DNA of 64,000 bases from Nitrosopumilus sp. (lineage in GTDB: Archaea; Thermoproteota; Nitrososphaeria; Nitrososphaerales; Nitrosopumilaceae), in the NCBI GenBank assembly GCA_965223425.1, contig OZ245003.1, positions 1,056,001-1,120,000 of the forward strand. The letters run 5' to 3'. The notes beneath the pieces were generated by a model that ran no database searches, was not told the DNA's origin, and saw only the letters and a list, made by a program, of their open reading frames with translations. A program made the position numbers and the translations under genes. Of the stretch, positions 10,120-20,365 are shown in pieces; within the stretch, counting starts at the first letter, position 1, and every line of letters begins with the position of its first letter.

Positions 10120-10539
10120 TTAGATTACTTTTTTCAAAATAATCACTGTGTTTGTATCAACTACGCCCGGAATTTTTCTTAACGCATCAATACTGCTATT
10201 GATTTTGGCAATTGTTTCTGCGCTAATGATAGTTGTAATGTCGTATTGGCCTGTAATTTCATAAACTGTTTTTACTCCTTCTAGTTTCGTAAGTTTTTGA
10301 GAAACTTTGGACGTATCTGTTGCAGAATCTACAGAAACTAAAACAACGGCACTGGTTGCATTTTCTTCACCAAGTTCTAAAGTGAATTTTTTGATTGTCC
10401 CGCTGTCTACTAAATTTTTAACGCGTCTTCTTACTGCTGATTCAGAAAGTTTCAGTTTTTTTCCAATGTCTACAAATGATTCCCTGGAATTCTCTTTTAG
10501 ATATCCTATGATTTTTTGATCAACACTATCCTTGTACAT
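10120..10539 (-). CDS. lysM: Lrp/AsnC regulator (LysM-like)
   Basis: N-terminal HTH (LSESAVRRRV), ITGQYD; operon context. Confidence 0.8.
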   Translation of the reverse strand: MYKDSVDQKIIGYLKENSRESFVDIGKKLKLSESAVRRRVKNLVDSGTIKKFTLELGEENATSAVVLVSVDSATDTSKVSQKLTKLEGVKTVYEITGQYDITTIISAETIAKINSSIDALRKIPGVVDTNTVIILKKVI

Positions 10540-11713
10540 TGCGTTTTTGCTCCTCTTCAGTTAGTATGGAGTCAAGAGCATGTAAAACTTTTGTTATGTC
10601 TTCTTCAGATATTACGAGAGGTGGGAGAATTCTTAGTATGTTTCTTCCAGAGTATAACATTAGGACACCTTCTTTTATTAACCCCATTAGAATATCCCTG
10701 ACTTCGAACTTCATCTCTATTCCTATCATGAGTCCCTTTCCACGAACTTCTCTAATTATGGTGTGTTTTTCTTTTAGTTTCTCCAATCCCTCTCTGAAAA
10801 TTTTGCCCATCTTTTCGGAATTTTCAATCAGCCCGTCTTCTGTTAGTGCCTTAAGAGCTGCATTTCCTGCTGCACAAGATACGGGGTTTCCTCCAAACGT
10901 AGAAGAATGCTCTCCCTTGCTCATTGAAGCTAAAATGTCTGGTCTGACAAGCGTTGCACCCATTGGCACCCCTCCAGCTATTCCTTTTGCAAGGCACATA
11001 ATATCTGGCACAGTATTCCAATGATCACAGGCCCATAATCGCCCGGTCCTGCCTAAACCGGCCTGTATTTCGTCAAAAATTAGCAAGATTCCTTTTTCAT
11101 CACAAAGCTTTCTTACTTTTTGCAAAAATCCTTCTGGTGCGACAATAATTCCACTTTCACCTTGAATCGGTTCTAAAATCACAAAAGCTGTATCATCATC
11201 TACTGCCAAACGAAGCGATTCAATATCTCCAAAAGACGCAAAAGAGACTTTGTCCACAAGTGGCCCAAATGCTTTTTTGTACTTTGGATTAAATGTTAAT
11301 GATAGGGCTCCAAAAGATTTTCCATGGTAAGATCCTTTCATTGCAACCATCCCTTTCTTACCAGTAAATTTTCTAGCAAACTTTATTGCAGCCTCTACTG
11401 CCTCTGCTCCGCTGTTGTTTAGATGAACCTGCGTGAGTCCCTTAGGGGCCAGTCCGATAAGCGTCTTCAAAAACTCTTCCCTTGTTTTGTTGTATAACGA
11501 ACTATGAACAGTAATGATCTTATCAATTTGTTCTTTTATCGCATTGTTGACTCGTCGGTTTTGATGGCCTACCAACGCAACGCCGTATCCTCCCATACAA
11601 TCGATGTATTCTTTTCCATCAGCATCCCATACGTGGGCCCCTGCCCCTTTTTCAACCGTAACTGGAAATCTCTGATAGAGATTCCCCATAAATTGATCTT
11701 CACTCATGCTCAA
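10526..11713 (-). CDS. lysJ: [LysW]-semialdehyde aminotransferase
   Basis: class III aminotransferase motifs DEIQAGLGRTG, AKGIAGG, STFGGNP. Confidence 0.88.
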   Translation of the reverse strand: MSMSEDQFMGNLYQRFPVTVEKGAGAHVWDADGKEYIDCMGGYGVALVGHQNRRVNNAIKEQIDKIITVHSSLYNKTREEFLKTLIGLAPKGLTQVHLNNSGAEAVEAAIKFARKFTGKKGMVAMKGSYHGKSFGALSLTFNPKYKKAFGPLVDKVSFASFGDIESLRLAVDDDTAFVILEPIQGESGIIVAPEGFLQKVRKLCDEKGILLIFDEIQAGLGRTGRLWACDHWNTVPDIMCLAKGIAGGVPMGATLVRPDILASMSKGEHSSTFGGNPVSCAAGNAALKALTEDGLIENSEKMGKIFREGLEKLKEKHTIIREVRGKGLMIGIEMKFEVRDILMGLIKEGVLMLYSGRNILRILPPLVISEEDITKVLHALDSILTEEEQKRNVQG

Positions 11714-12503
11714 TTACCGTACAGTTATCATGTGCTATTGCAGCAGATATTGGATTTTCTCTCTGACCATTTGCAATTAACGCTTGTTTTACGCCCATAT
11801 CCAGAGCTTCTGTTGATGCTAAAACCTTCTTTTCCATTCCCGGTCCTATTTTTGGCCTAATTTCCTTTGCTTCTGCCAGTGTTAGTTTGGGAACAACTTT
11901 GCCATCCATTAATAATCCATCAACATTTGTGATGAATAATACTTTGTCACTGCCGACTTTTCCGGCAACATATGCTGCGGCTCGGTCTCCATCTACATTG
12001 AGAAATTCTGATTCTTCACTGATTGCTATTGGTGAAATAACAGGCGTGAGTCCCTGTTCTAAGAGCGATTTGATAAATCCTGCATTTACATTAGTAATTT
12101 TTCCGGTATACCCTCCATCTATTGCCTGTTTTCTACCTTTTTCATTAACTATGAGGAGTTTCTTTTTCCTATCCGCTTCTATAGTTTTTGCATCAACTCC
12201 TGAAAGACCAATTGCATTAATGCCATTTTTTTGAAGCATCTGAACAATTGTTTTGTTTATTCTACCAGACATTACCATGGTAAAAATTTCTGCAGTTTCT
12301 TTATCAGTGTATCTGCTCTTAATTCCACTAGGTGATGTTACAAACTTTGGTTCTTTTCCAAGTTGTTCACAAACTTTCGTAACTTCGTTTCCGCCACCAT
12401 GAACTAAAATTAACCCCTCTGACTCTCCAATTTTTTTAATGTCGGCAATTGTAGATGGATGCAAGTCATCTACAACACTTCCGCCAATTTTGATTGTGAT
12501 CAT
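11700..12503 (-). CDS. lysZ: [LysW]-aminoadipate/glutamate kinase
   Basis: IKIGGS, VHGGG, NVDGDRAA. Confidence 0.9.
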   Translation of the reverse strand: MITIKIGGSVVDDLHPSTIADIKKIGESEGLILVHGGGNEVTKVCEQLGKEPKFVTSPSGIKSRYTDKETAEIFTMVMSGRINKTIVQMLQKNGINAIGLSGVDAKTIEADRKKKLLIVNEKGRKQAIDGGYTGKITNVNAGFIKSLLEQGLTPVISPIAISEESEFLNVDGDRAAAYVAGKVGSDKVLFITNVDGLLMDGKVVPKLTLAEAKEIRPKIGPGMEKKVLASTEALDMGVKQALIANGQRENPISAAIAHDNCTVIEHE

Positions 12504-12505
12504 TT

Positions 12506-13552
12506 CTAAACAGGAGTTAATGGTGTGTATCTAAGTCCGTTCATTTCATCAAAACCACACATAACATTCATGTTTTGGATGGCAGAACCTGCTGCACCCT
12601 TCATCAAATTATCTGATGCAGACAGTGCAATCAATCTGTGATTATCTTCATCTAAATCAAATCCAATATCACAAAAGTTTGAACCTACCACGAATTTTGG
12701 ATCTGGAAATTTGTATAATCCTTTTTTATCTCGAATCAGTCTGACAAACTTTTCTTCACCATAAGTTTGACGATATAACTTCCATAATTCTTTTTCTTCC
12801 ATGTCCTTATTCATGAAAGTATGATTTGTACATAAAATTCCACGAACTACGTCAACTGCATGTGGACTCATTGAAACATGAATTTTCTTTCCCGCAATTT
12901 CACTAAGCTCTTGTTCAATCTCTCCGGTGTGTCTGTGCTTTGCTGGCTTGTATGGCCTGATCACTCCTGCCCTCATTGCATGTGCTGTTCCTGCGCCAGA
13001 ACCTGCGCCAGAAGAACCAATCTTTGAATCAACTACAATGTGTTCTGTATCGACAATGTTATTTCGAATCAATGGAGCAAGGGCTAACATTGATGTGACT
13101 GCCATGCAACCTGGACAAGACACAAGTTGCGCTTTTTTGATATCCTCTCGGTGTAATTCAGGCACTCCAAAAACTGATTTTGACAAGTAATCAGGATGTG
13201 GATGCTCCCAGCCATACCATTTGTCATAAGCTTCTTGATCATGTAGTCTGTAATCTGCACTCAAATCAATTACCTTGACTCCTCTGTCATAGAGAGCTTT
13301 TACAATTTCAGTTGCAGTACCGTGCGGAACCGCTGTGAAAACCAAATCACACTTGTCAGTTAGTTTATCATAGTCTAGTTCTGAGAAAGTAAGATCAGTA
13401 AAGCCCTTCAAACTTGGCTGCACTCTATGTAGATATTCACCGACATGCTGTCTTGATGTCACCATGGTGATCTCAACATCTGGATGGTTTACAAGAAGAC
13501 GAAGCGTTTCTCCCCCCACATAACCTGATGCTCCTACCACGCCTACTTTCAT
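12506..13552 (-). CDS. lysY: [LysW]-phosphate reductase
   Basis: GASGYVG, PGC, HRH, DNLMKGAAG. Confidence 0.9.
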   Translation of the reverse strand: MKVGVVGASGYVGGETLRLLVNHPDVEITMVTSRQHVGEYLHRVQPSLKGFTDLTFSELDYDKLTDKCDLVFTAVPHGTATEIVKALYDRGVKVIDLSADYRLHDQEAYDKWYGWEHPHPDYLSKSVFGVPELHREDIKKAQLVSCPGCMAVTSMLALAPLIRNNIVDTEHIVVDSKIGSSGAGSGAGTAHAMRAGVIRPYKPAKHRHTGEIEQELSEIAGKKIHVSMSPHAVDVVRGILCTNHTFMNKDMEEKELWKLYRQTYGEEKFVRLIRDKKGLYKFPDPKFVVGSNFCDIGFDLDEDNHRLIALSASDNLMKGAAGSAIQNMNVMCGFDEMNGLRYTPLTPV

Positions 13553-13579
13553 GTTAAACCTCCTCGTAAAGAAGTATAT

Positions 13580-14437
13580 TTATTTCCTAACGTAGTTTAG
13601 AGTAAATTCTATCATTTCTTTTGGAATATTTCGTTTTGCAACTCTTGCCAACCCTTTGAATTCAACTGTATTGTTGACTTCGTGTACAACCAGGCCTTTA
13701 TCTTCATCTTCCATCATGTCCACTCCTAAAATTCCGCCTCCCATGGCCTTTGATGCTTTTGCAGCCATGTCTTCCATCTCTTTTGTGATCTCGCAAAGTT
13801 CTGGATCTGCCCCAAGTGCAAGGTTTGTCTTAAATCCGCCTGATGATTTTCTGTACATGGCCGCAATAGGCTCGTCTCCTACCGTAATTACTCTGATATC
13901 CCTTGGTGGCCTCTTGATTAGTTCTTGCAAATAGTAAATTCTGTCATGTGGACTATCTGTGATGTCTCTTACTTCGATGATTGCATCCATCGTGTCTTTA
14001 TCTTTGATTGGAATTACGCCTCTTCCCCAACTTCCAATTACTGGTTTGATCACTAGTGGATATCCAACTTTTTCTAAATTCTCTGCTGCACTGTCACTTG
14101 AAAACGAAAAGTATGTCTTTGGTGTTGGAATATTGTTTTTTTTCAAAAGTAAACTCATGAACATCTTGTTTCCACAAACCCTTGCAACTTCAAATTTGTT
14201 CAGAACTGGGACATCCAAAAATTCTAGACTTGCAGTAAAGTGAAGTCCTCTAATATAACTAACACATCTCTCTAAAACGATATCTCCAAAATCATAGTCT
14301 TCTTTTTTGCTATCTGTATTGACTTGGGTTATTTTTGCATCCAACATCACTGCATCATGACCCAGTTCTGATGCTTGTTTTTGAAGCATCTTTTCTTCAG
14401 ATCTTAAACGATCAAACACAATACAGACTTTTGACAT
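13580..14437 (-). CDS. argX: glutamate-LysW ligase
   Basis: ATP-grasp, GSWGR, EFKG signature; adjacent to argG. Confidence 0.8.
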   Translation of the reverse strand: MSKVCIVFDRLRSEEKMLQKQASELGHDAVMLDAKITQVNTDSKKEDYDFGDIVLERCVSYIRGLHFTASLEFLDVPVLNKFEVARVCGNKMFMSLLLKKNNIPTPKTYFSFSSDSAAENLEKVGYPLVIKPVIGSWGRGVIPIKDKDTMDAIIEVRDITDSPHDRIYYLQELIKRPPRDIRVITVGDEPIAAMYRKSSGGFKTNLALGADPELCEITKEMEDMAAKASKAMGGGILGVDMMEDEDKGLVVHEVNNTVEFKGLARVAKRNIPKEMIEFTLNYVRK

Positions 14438-14604
14438 TACTCTCCCCAGTCTTCGCCTACGGTTTCTGCTTGCTTGAGCTCTACATTTGATCCGTCTTTT
14501 TTTGCGATTTCAAAGTCAGCGCCACAATCAGGGCAGGAGACTATTTCTCCAACTGAGGCATCGTCTGGAATGTTTAATGCTGCGTCACATTCTGGGCAGT
14601 TCAT
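14437..14604 (-). CDS. lysW: LysW/ArgW carrier protein, C-terminus EDWGE (not in ORF track)
   Basis: manual translation MNCPECDAALNIPDDASVGEIVSCPDCGADFEIAKKDGSNVELKQAETVGEDWGE. Confidence 0.92.
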   Translation of the reverse strand: MNCPECDAALNIPDDASVGEIVSCPDCGADFEIAKKDGSNVELKQAETVGEDWGE

Positions 14605-15800
14605 GTTTTTGTTGACCTTTTCTTTTGTAATTTATTAGCTTCTGTTGACTGCATTCCCCACAATTCTACAAATCCTTTGGCTAATCTTTGATCAAATGTT
14701 GATTCTGATCCATAGGTGGCAATATCATGGCTATACAATGAGTTCTTGGATTTCCTTCCGACCACCCTCAGACTTCCTTTGTACAGCTTTAGCCTTACAG
14801 TTCCTGATACTGGTTTTTGTGATCTTTCTACAAATCCATCCAAATCTGCCTTGAGGGGGTCTTGCCAAAGTCCTGAATACACCAAATACGCCCATTCATC
14901 ATCTATTAGAGACTTGAATTTGTTTTCGTGTTTGGTGTGGATCATCTTTTCTAGATCTGCATGCGCCTCAATTAGGCAAGTTGCAGCAGGAGTTTCGTAA
15001 ACTTCACGAGATTTAATTCCGACAACCCTGTCTTCAATGTGATCAACTATTCCAACACCTGCATTTCCTGCTTTTTTGTTAATGTATTCAATCAATTTTT
15101 GAGGCTCCATTGGTTTTCCGTCAACTCCGACTGGAATTCCTTTTTCAAATTTAATTTCCAGATATGCTGGTTTATCTGGCAAGTTTTTTGTTTTAACCCA
15201 AATGAAGGCATCAGCAGGCGGCTCATTGTATGGATCCTCTAATGCCCCCCCTTCAATTGCACGTCCCCACAAGTTTTGATCAATACTGAATTTTTTTGCT
15301 ACAGAATCAACCTCAATTCCGTGTTTCTTTGCAAATTTTAACTCTGTAACCCTGTCCAAATTTTTATCCCGAATTGGAGCTATGATTGGAAGGTTAGAAC
15401 CAGAACGTAGTGTTATGTCAAATCGAACCTGATCATTTCCTTTACCTGAGCACCCATGTGCAAGTGATGTTACTTTTTCTTTTTTTGCAATATCTAATAC
15501 CTTTTGCGCAATTAGTGGTCTTGCAAGTGCTGTTGCAAGACAATATTTTTTTTGATATAACGCGTTGGCCTTGATGGATGGAAAAATGTAATCTTTGACA
15601 AATTCCTTTTTTGCATCAATGTTGTAGTGTTTTTTTGCACCTAGCTTTTTTGCTTTATCTGCAATTTTTTTATTATCGTCTCCTTGTCCAACATCTACTG
15701 TTACTGTGATGACATCCATGTCATGTTCTTCTTGCAGATATTTCACAACAACTGATGTATCTAGCCCTCCAGAAAATGCAAGAATTCCTTTTTGAGTCAT
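14601..15800 (-). CDS. argG: argininosuccinate synthase
   Basis: AFSGGLDTS, HGCSGKGNDQVRF, KSREVYE; probable start MTQK. Confidence 0.95.
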   Translation of the reverse strand: MTQKGILAFSGGLDTSVVVKYLQEEHDMDVITVTVDVGQGDDNKKIADKAKKLGAKKHYNIDAKKEFVKDYIFPSIKANALYQKKYCLATALARPLIAQKVLDIAKKEKVTSLAHGCSGKGNDQVRFDITLRSGSNLPIIAPIRDKNLDRVTELKFAKKHGIEVDSVAKKFSIDQNLWGRAIEGGALEDPYNEPPADAFIWVKTKNLPDKPAYLEIKFEKGIPVGVDGKPMEPQKLIEYINKKAGNAGVGIVDHIEDRVVGIKSREVYETPAATCLIEAHADLEKMIHTKHENKFKSLIDDEWAYLVYSGLWQDPLKADLDGFVERSQKPVSGTVRLKLYKGSLRVVGRKSKNSLYSHDIATYGSESTFDQRLAKGFVELWGMQSTEANKLQKKRSTKT

Positions 15801-15935
15801 AAAACATCTTTTTGGTTGCATTTTGGAATTTATCTTTTGTGATAGGCTGGAATCCAGAAATTTTTTCCGAAAAATCTCTGGCTAGCTTGAGCTAAAATTC
15901 GATGATTATTTAACCGCCAAATATAACGCTGTTTT

Positions 15936-16961
15936 ATGAAAACTATGAAGGTAATTTCTGCAGGAATTGCTGGAATTATCTTGTTATCCGTACTTGGAAT
16001 TGCTCTAAATTTCAGTGACACTACACGTGAAAATAAAATCCGTGTTGCCTATTTTCCTAACATTGGACATGCCATTCCAATTGTGGGGGTAGAGAAAGGA
16101 TTTTTTGAAGAAAAAATTGGGGGGCAAACTAAAATTGAAACTAGAGTTTTTGATAGTGGGCCGCAAGCAATCGAGTCTCTGTTTGCAAATTCAGTTGATA
16201 TTGCATATGTGGGGCCTGGCCCTGCAATAAACGGATTCTTGAATTCAGAAAATAACAATGTAAAGATTCTTGCCGGTGCTGCAAGCGGTGGAGCAAGTTT
16301 TATTGTTCATCCAAATTCTGAAATTAATTCAGTTTCAGACTTTGCAGGAAAAAAAATAGCAACACCTCAAATTGGAAACACCCAAGATGTATCACTGCGC
16401 CATTATCTTTCTGAAAATGGATTAAAACCTGCCGAAAAAGGAGGCTCTGTGGTTGTTTACAATATACCTAATCCTGATATCTACACTCTTTTTGTAAAAG
16501 GGGATATTGATGGCGCATGGGTTGCAGAACCCTGGGCTACAATTTTAGAAACTGAACTTGATGGAAAGAGACTATTCCATGAAGAAGAACTTTGGCCTGA
16601 CAGAGAATTTGCATCTGTTTTGTTAATAGGAAATGTAGATTACATTAAAGACAACCCAGCAACTGTTCTCAATTTTTTAAATGCTCATCACGAAACCACA
16701 CTTTGGATTAATGAAAATCCTGAAGAGACCAGAGATGTTTTCAATAATTTTCTTGACTCGTACTTGGGACAGTCCCTGTCTGACAATGTTGTAGATGTTG
16801 CATTGTCTAATCTGGTAATCACCGCAGATCCTCTGCCTGACTCTGTTTTTTCCTTTGCTGAAAAAGCAGATGCGCTTGGATATCTTGGAAGAAATGGATA
16901 TGATTTGTCTGGAATTTTTTACTACTTTGATACAAATTCTTTAGAGGAGGCCAGAACTTAG
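15936..16961 (+). CDS. ABC transporter substrate-binding protein (sulfonate/nitrate/taurine type)
   Basis: N-terminal TM anchor, YVGPGP, GNTQDV. Confidence 0.85.
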   Translation: MKTMKVISAGIAGIILLSVLGIALNFSDTTRENKIRVAYFPNIGHAIPIVGVEKGFFEEKIGGQTKIETRVFDSGPQAIESLFANSVDIAYVGPGPAINGFLNSENNNVKILAGAASGGASFIVHPNSEINSVSDFAGKKIATPQIGNTQDVSLRHYLSENGLKPAEKGGSVVVYNIPNPDIYTLFVKGDIDGAWVAEPWATILETELDGKRLFHEEELWPDREFASVLLIGNVDYIKDNPATVLNFLNAHHETTLWINENPEETRDVFNNFLDSYLGQSLSDNVVDVALSNLVITADPLPDSVFSFAEKADALGYLGRNGYDLSGIFYYFDTNSLEEART

Positions 16962-17726
16962 ATGACCAAACTAGAGGCCAAAAATATTGTAAAATATTTT
17001 GCTCATGATTCCCACAAACTCAAAGCACTTGGTGGCATTGATCTCAAAGTTGAGGCCGGCGACTTTGTGTGCTTGGTGGGGCCCTCCGGGTGTGGAAAAT
17101 CCACCTTTTTACGCATAGTTGCAGGTTTGGAGACGCCAGATGAGGGTCAAATTCTGTTTGATGGCCATCCTGTTTCTGAAACTGGTCCTGAGAGAATTAT
17201 GGTATTCCAAGAAGGTGCTTTGTTTCCATGGCTTAAGGTTCAGGATAATGTGGAGTTTGGATTAAAGATGGCCGGTATTCCAAAAGAGGAACGAGCTAAG
17301 ATATCCAGCAGATATCTCGATATGATGCAGTTGACAAAATTTGCAGATTCATACACTTACCAACTTTCAACTGGAATGAAACAGCGTGTAGCTATTGCCA
17401 GAGCACTTGTAATGGATCCTGATGTGTTGCTAATGGATGAACCATTTGCAGCACTTGATGCACAAACTCGTGACTTGTTGTTAGTTGAGATGCAGCTGAT
17501 TTGGGAAAAAACAAAAAAGACAATTCTGTTTGTAACCCATAATGTTGCAGAAGCTGCAGTACTTGGAACCAAAGTAGCTGTGTTTAGTAACAGGCCGTCT
17601 ATTATTAAAAAAGAAGTCAATAATAATTTTCCGCGACCTAGAGTTACTGAGGACGAATCACTACTCAAGTTCCAACAAGACATCTTAACAGAGCTTAGAC
17701 CTGAGGTAAAGAAAAGCAAAGAGTGA
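16962..17726 (+). CDS. ABC transporter ATPase (TauB/SsuB-like)
   Basis: GPSGCGKST, LSTGMKQR, DEPF. Confidence 0.9.
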   Translation: MTKLEAKNIVKYFAHDSHKLKALGGIDLKVEAGDFVCLVGPSGCGKSTFLRIVAGLETPDEGQILFDGHPVSETGPERIMVFQEGALFPWLKVQDNVEFGLKMAGIPKEERAKISSRYLDMMQLTKFADSYTYQLSTGMKQRVAIARALVMDPDVLLMDEPFAALDAQTRDLLLVEMQLIWEKTKKTILFVTHNVAEAAVLGTKVAVFSNRPSIIKKEVNNNFPRPRVTEDESLLKFQQDILTELRPEVKKSKE

Positions 17727-18490
17727 CTGTTATGGCAAAAAATTTTACGCCTCATAGAATGGCATTTTACATTGGAATCGTTGTAGTTTGGCAAATTATT
17801 TCCATGGGGGGAGTTTGGCCTGATAATATTTTTCCGTCCCCATATGAAGTGGCTGAAGATTTGGGATACGGTGTTGCCGATGGCAGTCTAATTTATGGAA
17901 TTGCAACTAGCATGTGGAGATTATCTATTGGATTGGCAATTGCAATTGTTGGCGGCATTGTACTGGGAATTTTCATGGCAAGAGTTGAAGTTGTCAACCA
18001 AACTGCTGGTTCTTTAGTGTTGGGACTACAGTCAATCCCTTCGATTGCATGGGTTCCGCTTGCAATTTTGTGGGTTGGGTTCACAGATGGTGGAATAATT
18101 TTTGTTACTGCGATTGGGGCAATCTTTGCCGTTACAATCAACACCTACACTGGAGTCAAAAACATCGATCCACACTTTATTGAGGCTGCAAGAAACATGG
18201 GCGCAAAAGGTAGTCAGCTAGTTACTGCCGTCTTGATTCCGGCAGCATTCCCATACATGATTTCTGGCTTTAAACAAGGATGGGCATTTGCTTGGAGAGG
18301 CTTAATCGGTGCAGAACTACTATTTTCCTTCCTAGGGCTAGGCTTCTTGCTAAACGCTGGTCGTTCTCTAAATGATGTATCCCAAGTAATTGCTATAATG
18401 CTGGTGATAATGGGAATTGGTCTTGTAGTGGACGGTATTGTTTTTAAACGACTAGAAAACAAAGTAATGTCTAGATGGGGATTAAGATAA
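17723..18490 (+). CDS. ABC transporter permease (TauC/SsuC-like)
   Basis: hydrophobic; EAARNMGA motif. Confidence 0.9.
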   Translation: MTVMAKNFTPHRMAFYIGIVVVWQIISMGGVWPDNIFPSPYEVAEDLGYGVADGSLIYGIATSMWRLSIGLAIAIVGGIVLGIFMARVEVVNQTAGSLVLGLQSIPSIAWVPLAILWVGFTDGGIIFVTAIGAIFAVTINTYTGVKNIDPHFIEAARNMGAKGSQLVTAVLIPAAFPYMISGFKQGWAFAWRGLIGAELLFSFLGLGFLLNAGRSLNDVSQVIAIMLVIMGIGLVVDGIVFKRLENKVMSRWGLR

Positions 18491-18510
18491 CCAATAATTC
18501 TCCAAGCAAA

Positions 18511-18597
18511 CTACATGCAACACAATACTAAAAAGAAAACTTCAATCGCAGTAACGCCAAGTATGCCTAAAATTATTAAAACAAGATTTTTGTCCAT
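18511..18597 (-). CDS. putative 28-aa membrane peptide
   Basis: MDKNLVLIILGILGVTAIEVFFLVLCCM; starts just after the upstream stop at 18604. Confidence 0.4.
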   Translation of the reverse strand: MDKNLVLIILGILGVTAIEVFFLVLCCM

Positions 18598-18603
18598 TTT
18601 GCC

Positions 18604-19365
18604 TCAAATTGATCTTTGGTGTTTATACAATGCGTAAATCATAATCAATGACGATGCAGTCCACAGGACAAATGAAGAGTCGCTAAAACTGTAAATCCCC
18701 AAAGTTGATGTATAGTTATAAAAGATATCTCCAATCGTTCCAACTGCCATTCCAATTAACAAGACAAACCATGCCGAAGTCAAAGCAGTTTTTCTAAACA
18801 GAGTAAAAGCTACAGTTGCCAATCCTAGTACAATTGATGAGACTGAAACAAACGACAAATGATAGTAAAAATCATTCTCATTTTCAAGTGTGACTCCTGC
18901 TAAAACCATAGAATACACAAGAATTATCCCTACTGGAATTGCCACTAGGAGTAATTTTTGATAGACCTCTAGTTTTTCAACAAAATATCTTATATTGATG
19001 GCAATGTGGGCCATCATGAAAAGATAGGATAAATATATCAGAATATCACCTAATGCGCCATACTCATCCAGGCCTAGCGAATCTACATGGTAAAAAAATA
19101 CCAACTCTCCTACAAACGTTACAAAAAACCCTAATCCCAAAAGCAGGTATGATTTTCCAAAAATTTTGGAATAGCCATAGTGCTTTGATACTAGAATAGA
19201 ATAGACTGCAACTGCCAAAGGAGTGACAACTATAGAAACTCTGGTAAAAATTGACAGGTCTAGCGGCTGTGCTAAAATAGTTATAACATAAAACGAAACA
19301 CTTGCTGCAAAAATTATCAATGGTATCTTGTATGATTTTTTTAATTCATGAGAAAATGTTAACAT
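18604..19365 (-). CDS. multi-pass membrane protein (sensor-like)
   Basis: about 7-8 hydrophobic segments. Confidence 0.65.
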   Translation of the reverse strand: MLTFSHELKKSYKIPLIIFAASVSFYVITILAQPLDLSIFTRVSIVVTPLAVAVYSILVSKHYGYSKIFGKSYLLLGLGFFVTFVGELVFFYHVDSLGLDEYGALGDILIYLSYLFMMAHIAINIRYFVEKLEVYQKLLLVAIPVGIILVYSMVLAGVTLENENDFYYHLSFVSVSSIVLGLATVAFTLFRKTALTSAWFVLLIGMAVGTIGDIFYNYTSTLGIYSFSDSSFVLWTASSLIMIYALYKHQRSI

Positions 19366-19374
19366 ATAATCCCC

Positions 19375-19986
19375 TCACGATAAATAAATGGAATTGTATG
19401 CATAGCTGTCTTTGAGAAATTTATTTTGAACATTTGCATTAATTGAAATATTTTCATCTTGAATCTCAAAGACGGTCTTGTTAAATGTAGTTGCATATTC
19501 GTTTACCTTTCTGCCATCAGCAGCATTTGTAAAACCTACCATGGTTAACAATCCTTCTCCAATTAACTCTTTTATTCTGTTGTAAGTTGATGCTTTTGGT
19601 AGTTTTGATTTTGCTATGGCCTCAGGAATTGATTTTGATTCATGTAGTAGTAAATCTAAGATTATTTTTTTTGCGGGATCTCCATAAGCTTCAAAGACAG
19701 TTTTTGCAATATTAGGATCTTTTATGGTAATTATGGATTCCGTCTTTGTGTTGTTTTTCACTGATAATATTTTTTTGAATATTTTAGATTCAATGTTTGC
19801 TGTGTGCTTGCCAAAAAACTTACGCAATACTAGATCTAGTTTTGAAAAATCACTTACTGCTTCTAAAATTGATATGCAGTATACATCAAATACTTCTTTC
19901 TCTATCTTCTTGTATGTTGATTTGCCCAAATCCTCTTCTAACACCGCCCTTACACCCTTTGCTACAATCCTATCTAGGGAGTTCAT
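19375..19986 (-). CDS. putative transcriptional regulator (C-terminal winged HTH)
   Basis: SIPEAIAKSKLPKASTYNRIKEL...GRKVNEY. Confidence 0.65.
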   Translation of the reverse strand: MNSLDRIVAKGVRAVLEEDLGKSTYKKIEKEVFDVYCISILEAVSDFSKLDLVLRKFFGKHTANIESKIFKKILSVKNNTKTESIITIKDPNIAKTVFEAYGDPAKKIILDLLLHESKSIPEAIAKSKLPKASTYNRIKELIGEGLLTMVGFTNAADGRKVNEYATTFNKTVFEIQDENISINANVQNKFLKDSYAYNSIYLS

Positions 19987-20091
19987 ATTGTAGTTGTGTA
20001 GGCATAAAATATAAAATCTACTTTTATTAGAATTAGTACATTATTTCTATATTTTAAGAAATAATAAATAATACGGAAACTATACTGTACC

Positions 20092-20349
20092 ATGGATAGA
20101 AAAACTGCCTGGATAGCAGGAATTACAACCATATTTGCCATAGGCATGATCGCAACATCGGTAACATTTACTGAGGTTTCCGGTGAGATTGTACAAAAAC
20201 CAACAGTTCCTAGATATTCAGAAACTTGTGCACATGGCCATAATGGGTTTTCTTGCAACACCTTCCAATACAAAATAGATATTTCAGAGTTGCAAGAAAA
20301 GACTGCTGAATTGGAACAACGTATAACATCACTTGAGACTTTGCGTTAA
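20092..20349 (+). CDS. small membrane-anchored hypothetical protein
   Basis: N-terminal hydrophobic helix, C-terminal coiled coil. Confidence 0.55.
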   Translation: MDRKTAWIAGITTIFAIGMIATSVTFTEVSGEIVQKPTVPRYSETCAHGHNGFSCNTFQYKIDISELQEKTAELEQRITSLETLR

Positions 20350-20365
20350 CTCCAATTATTTTTCT

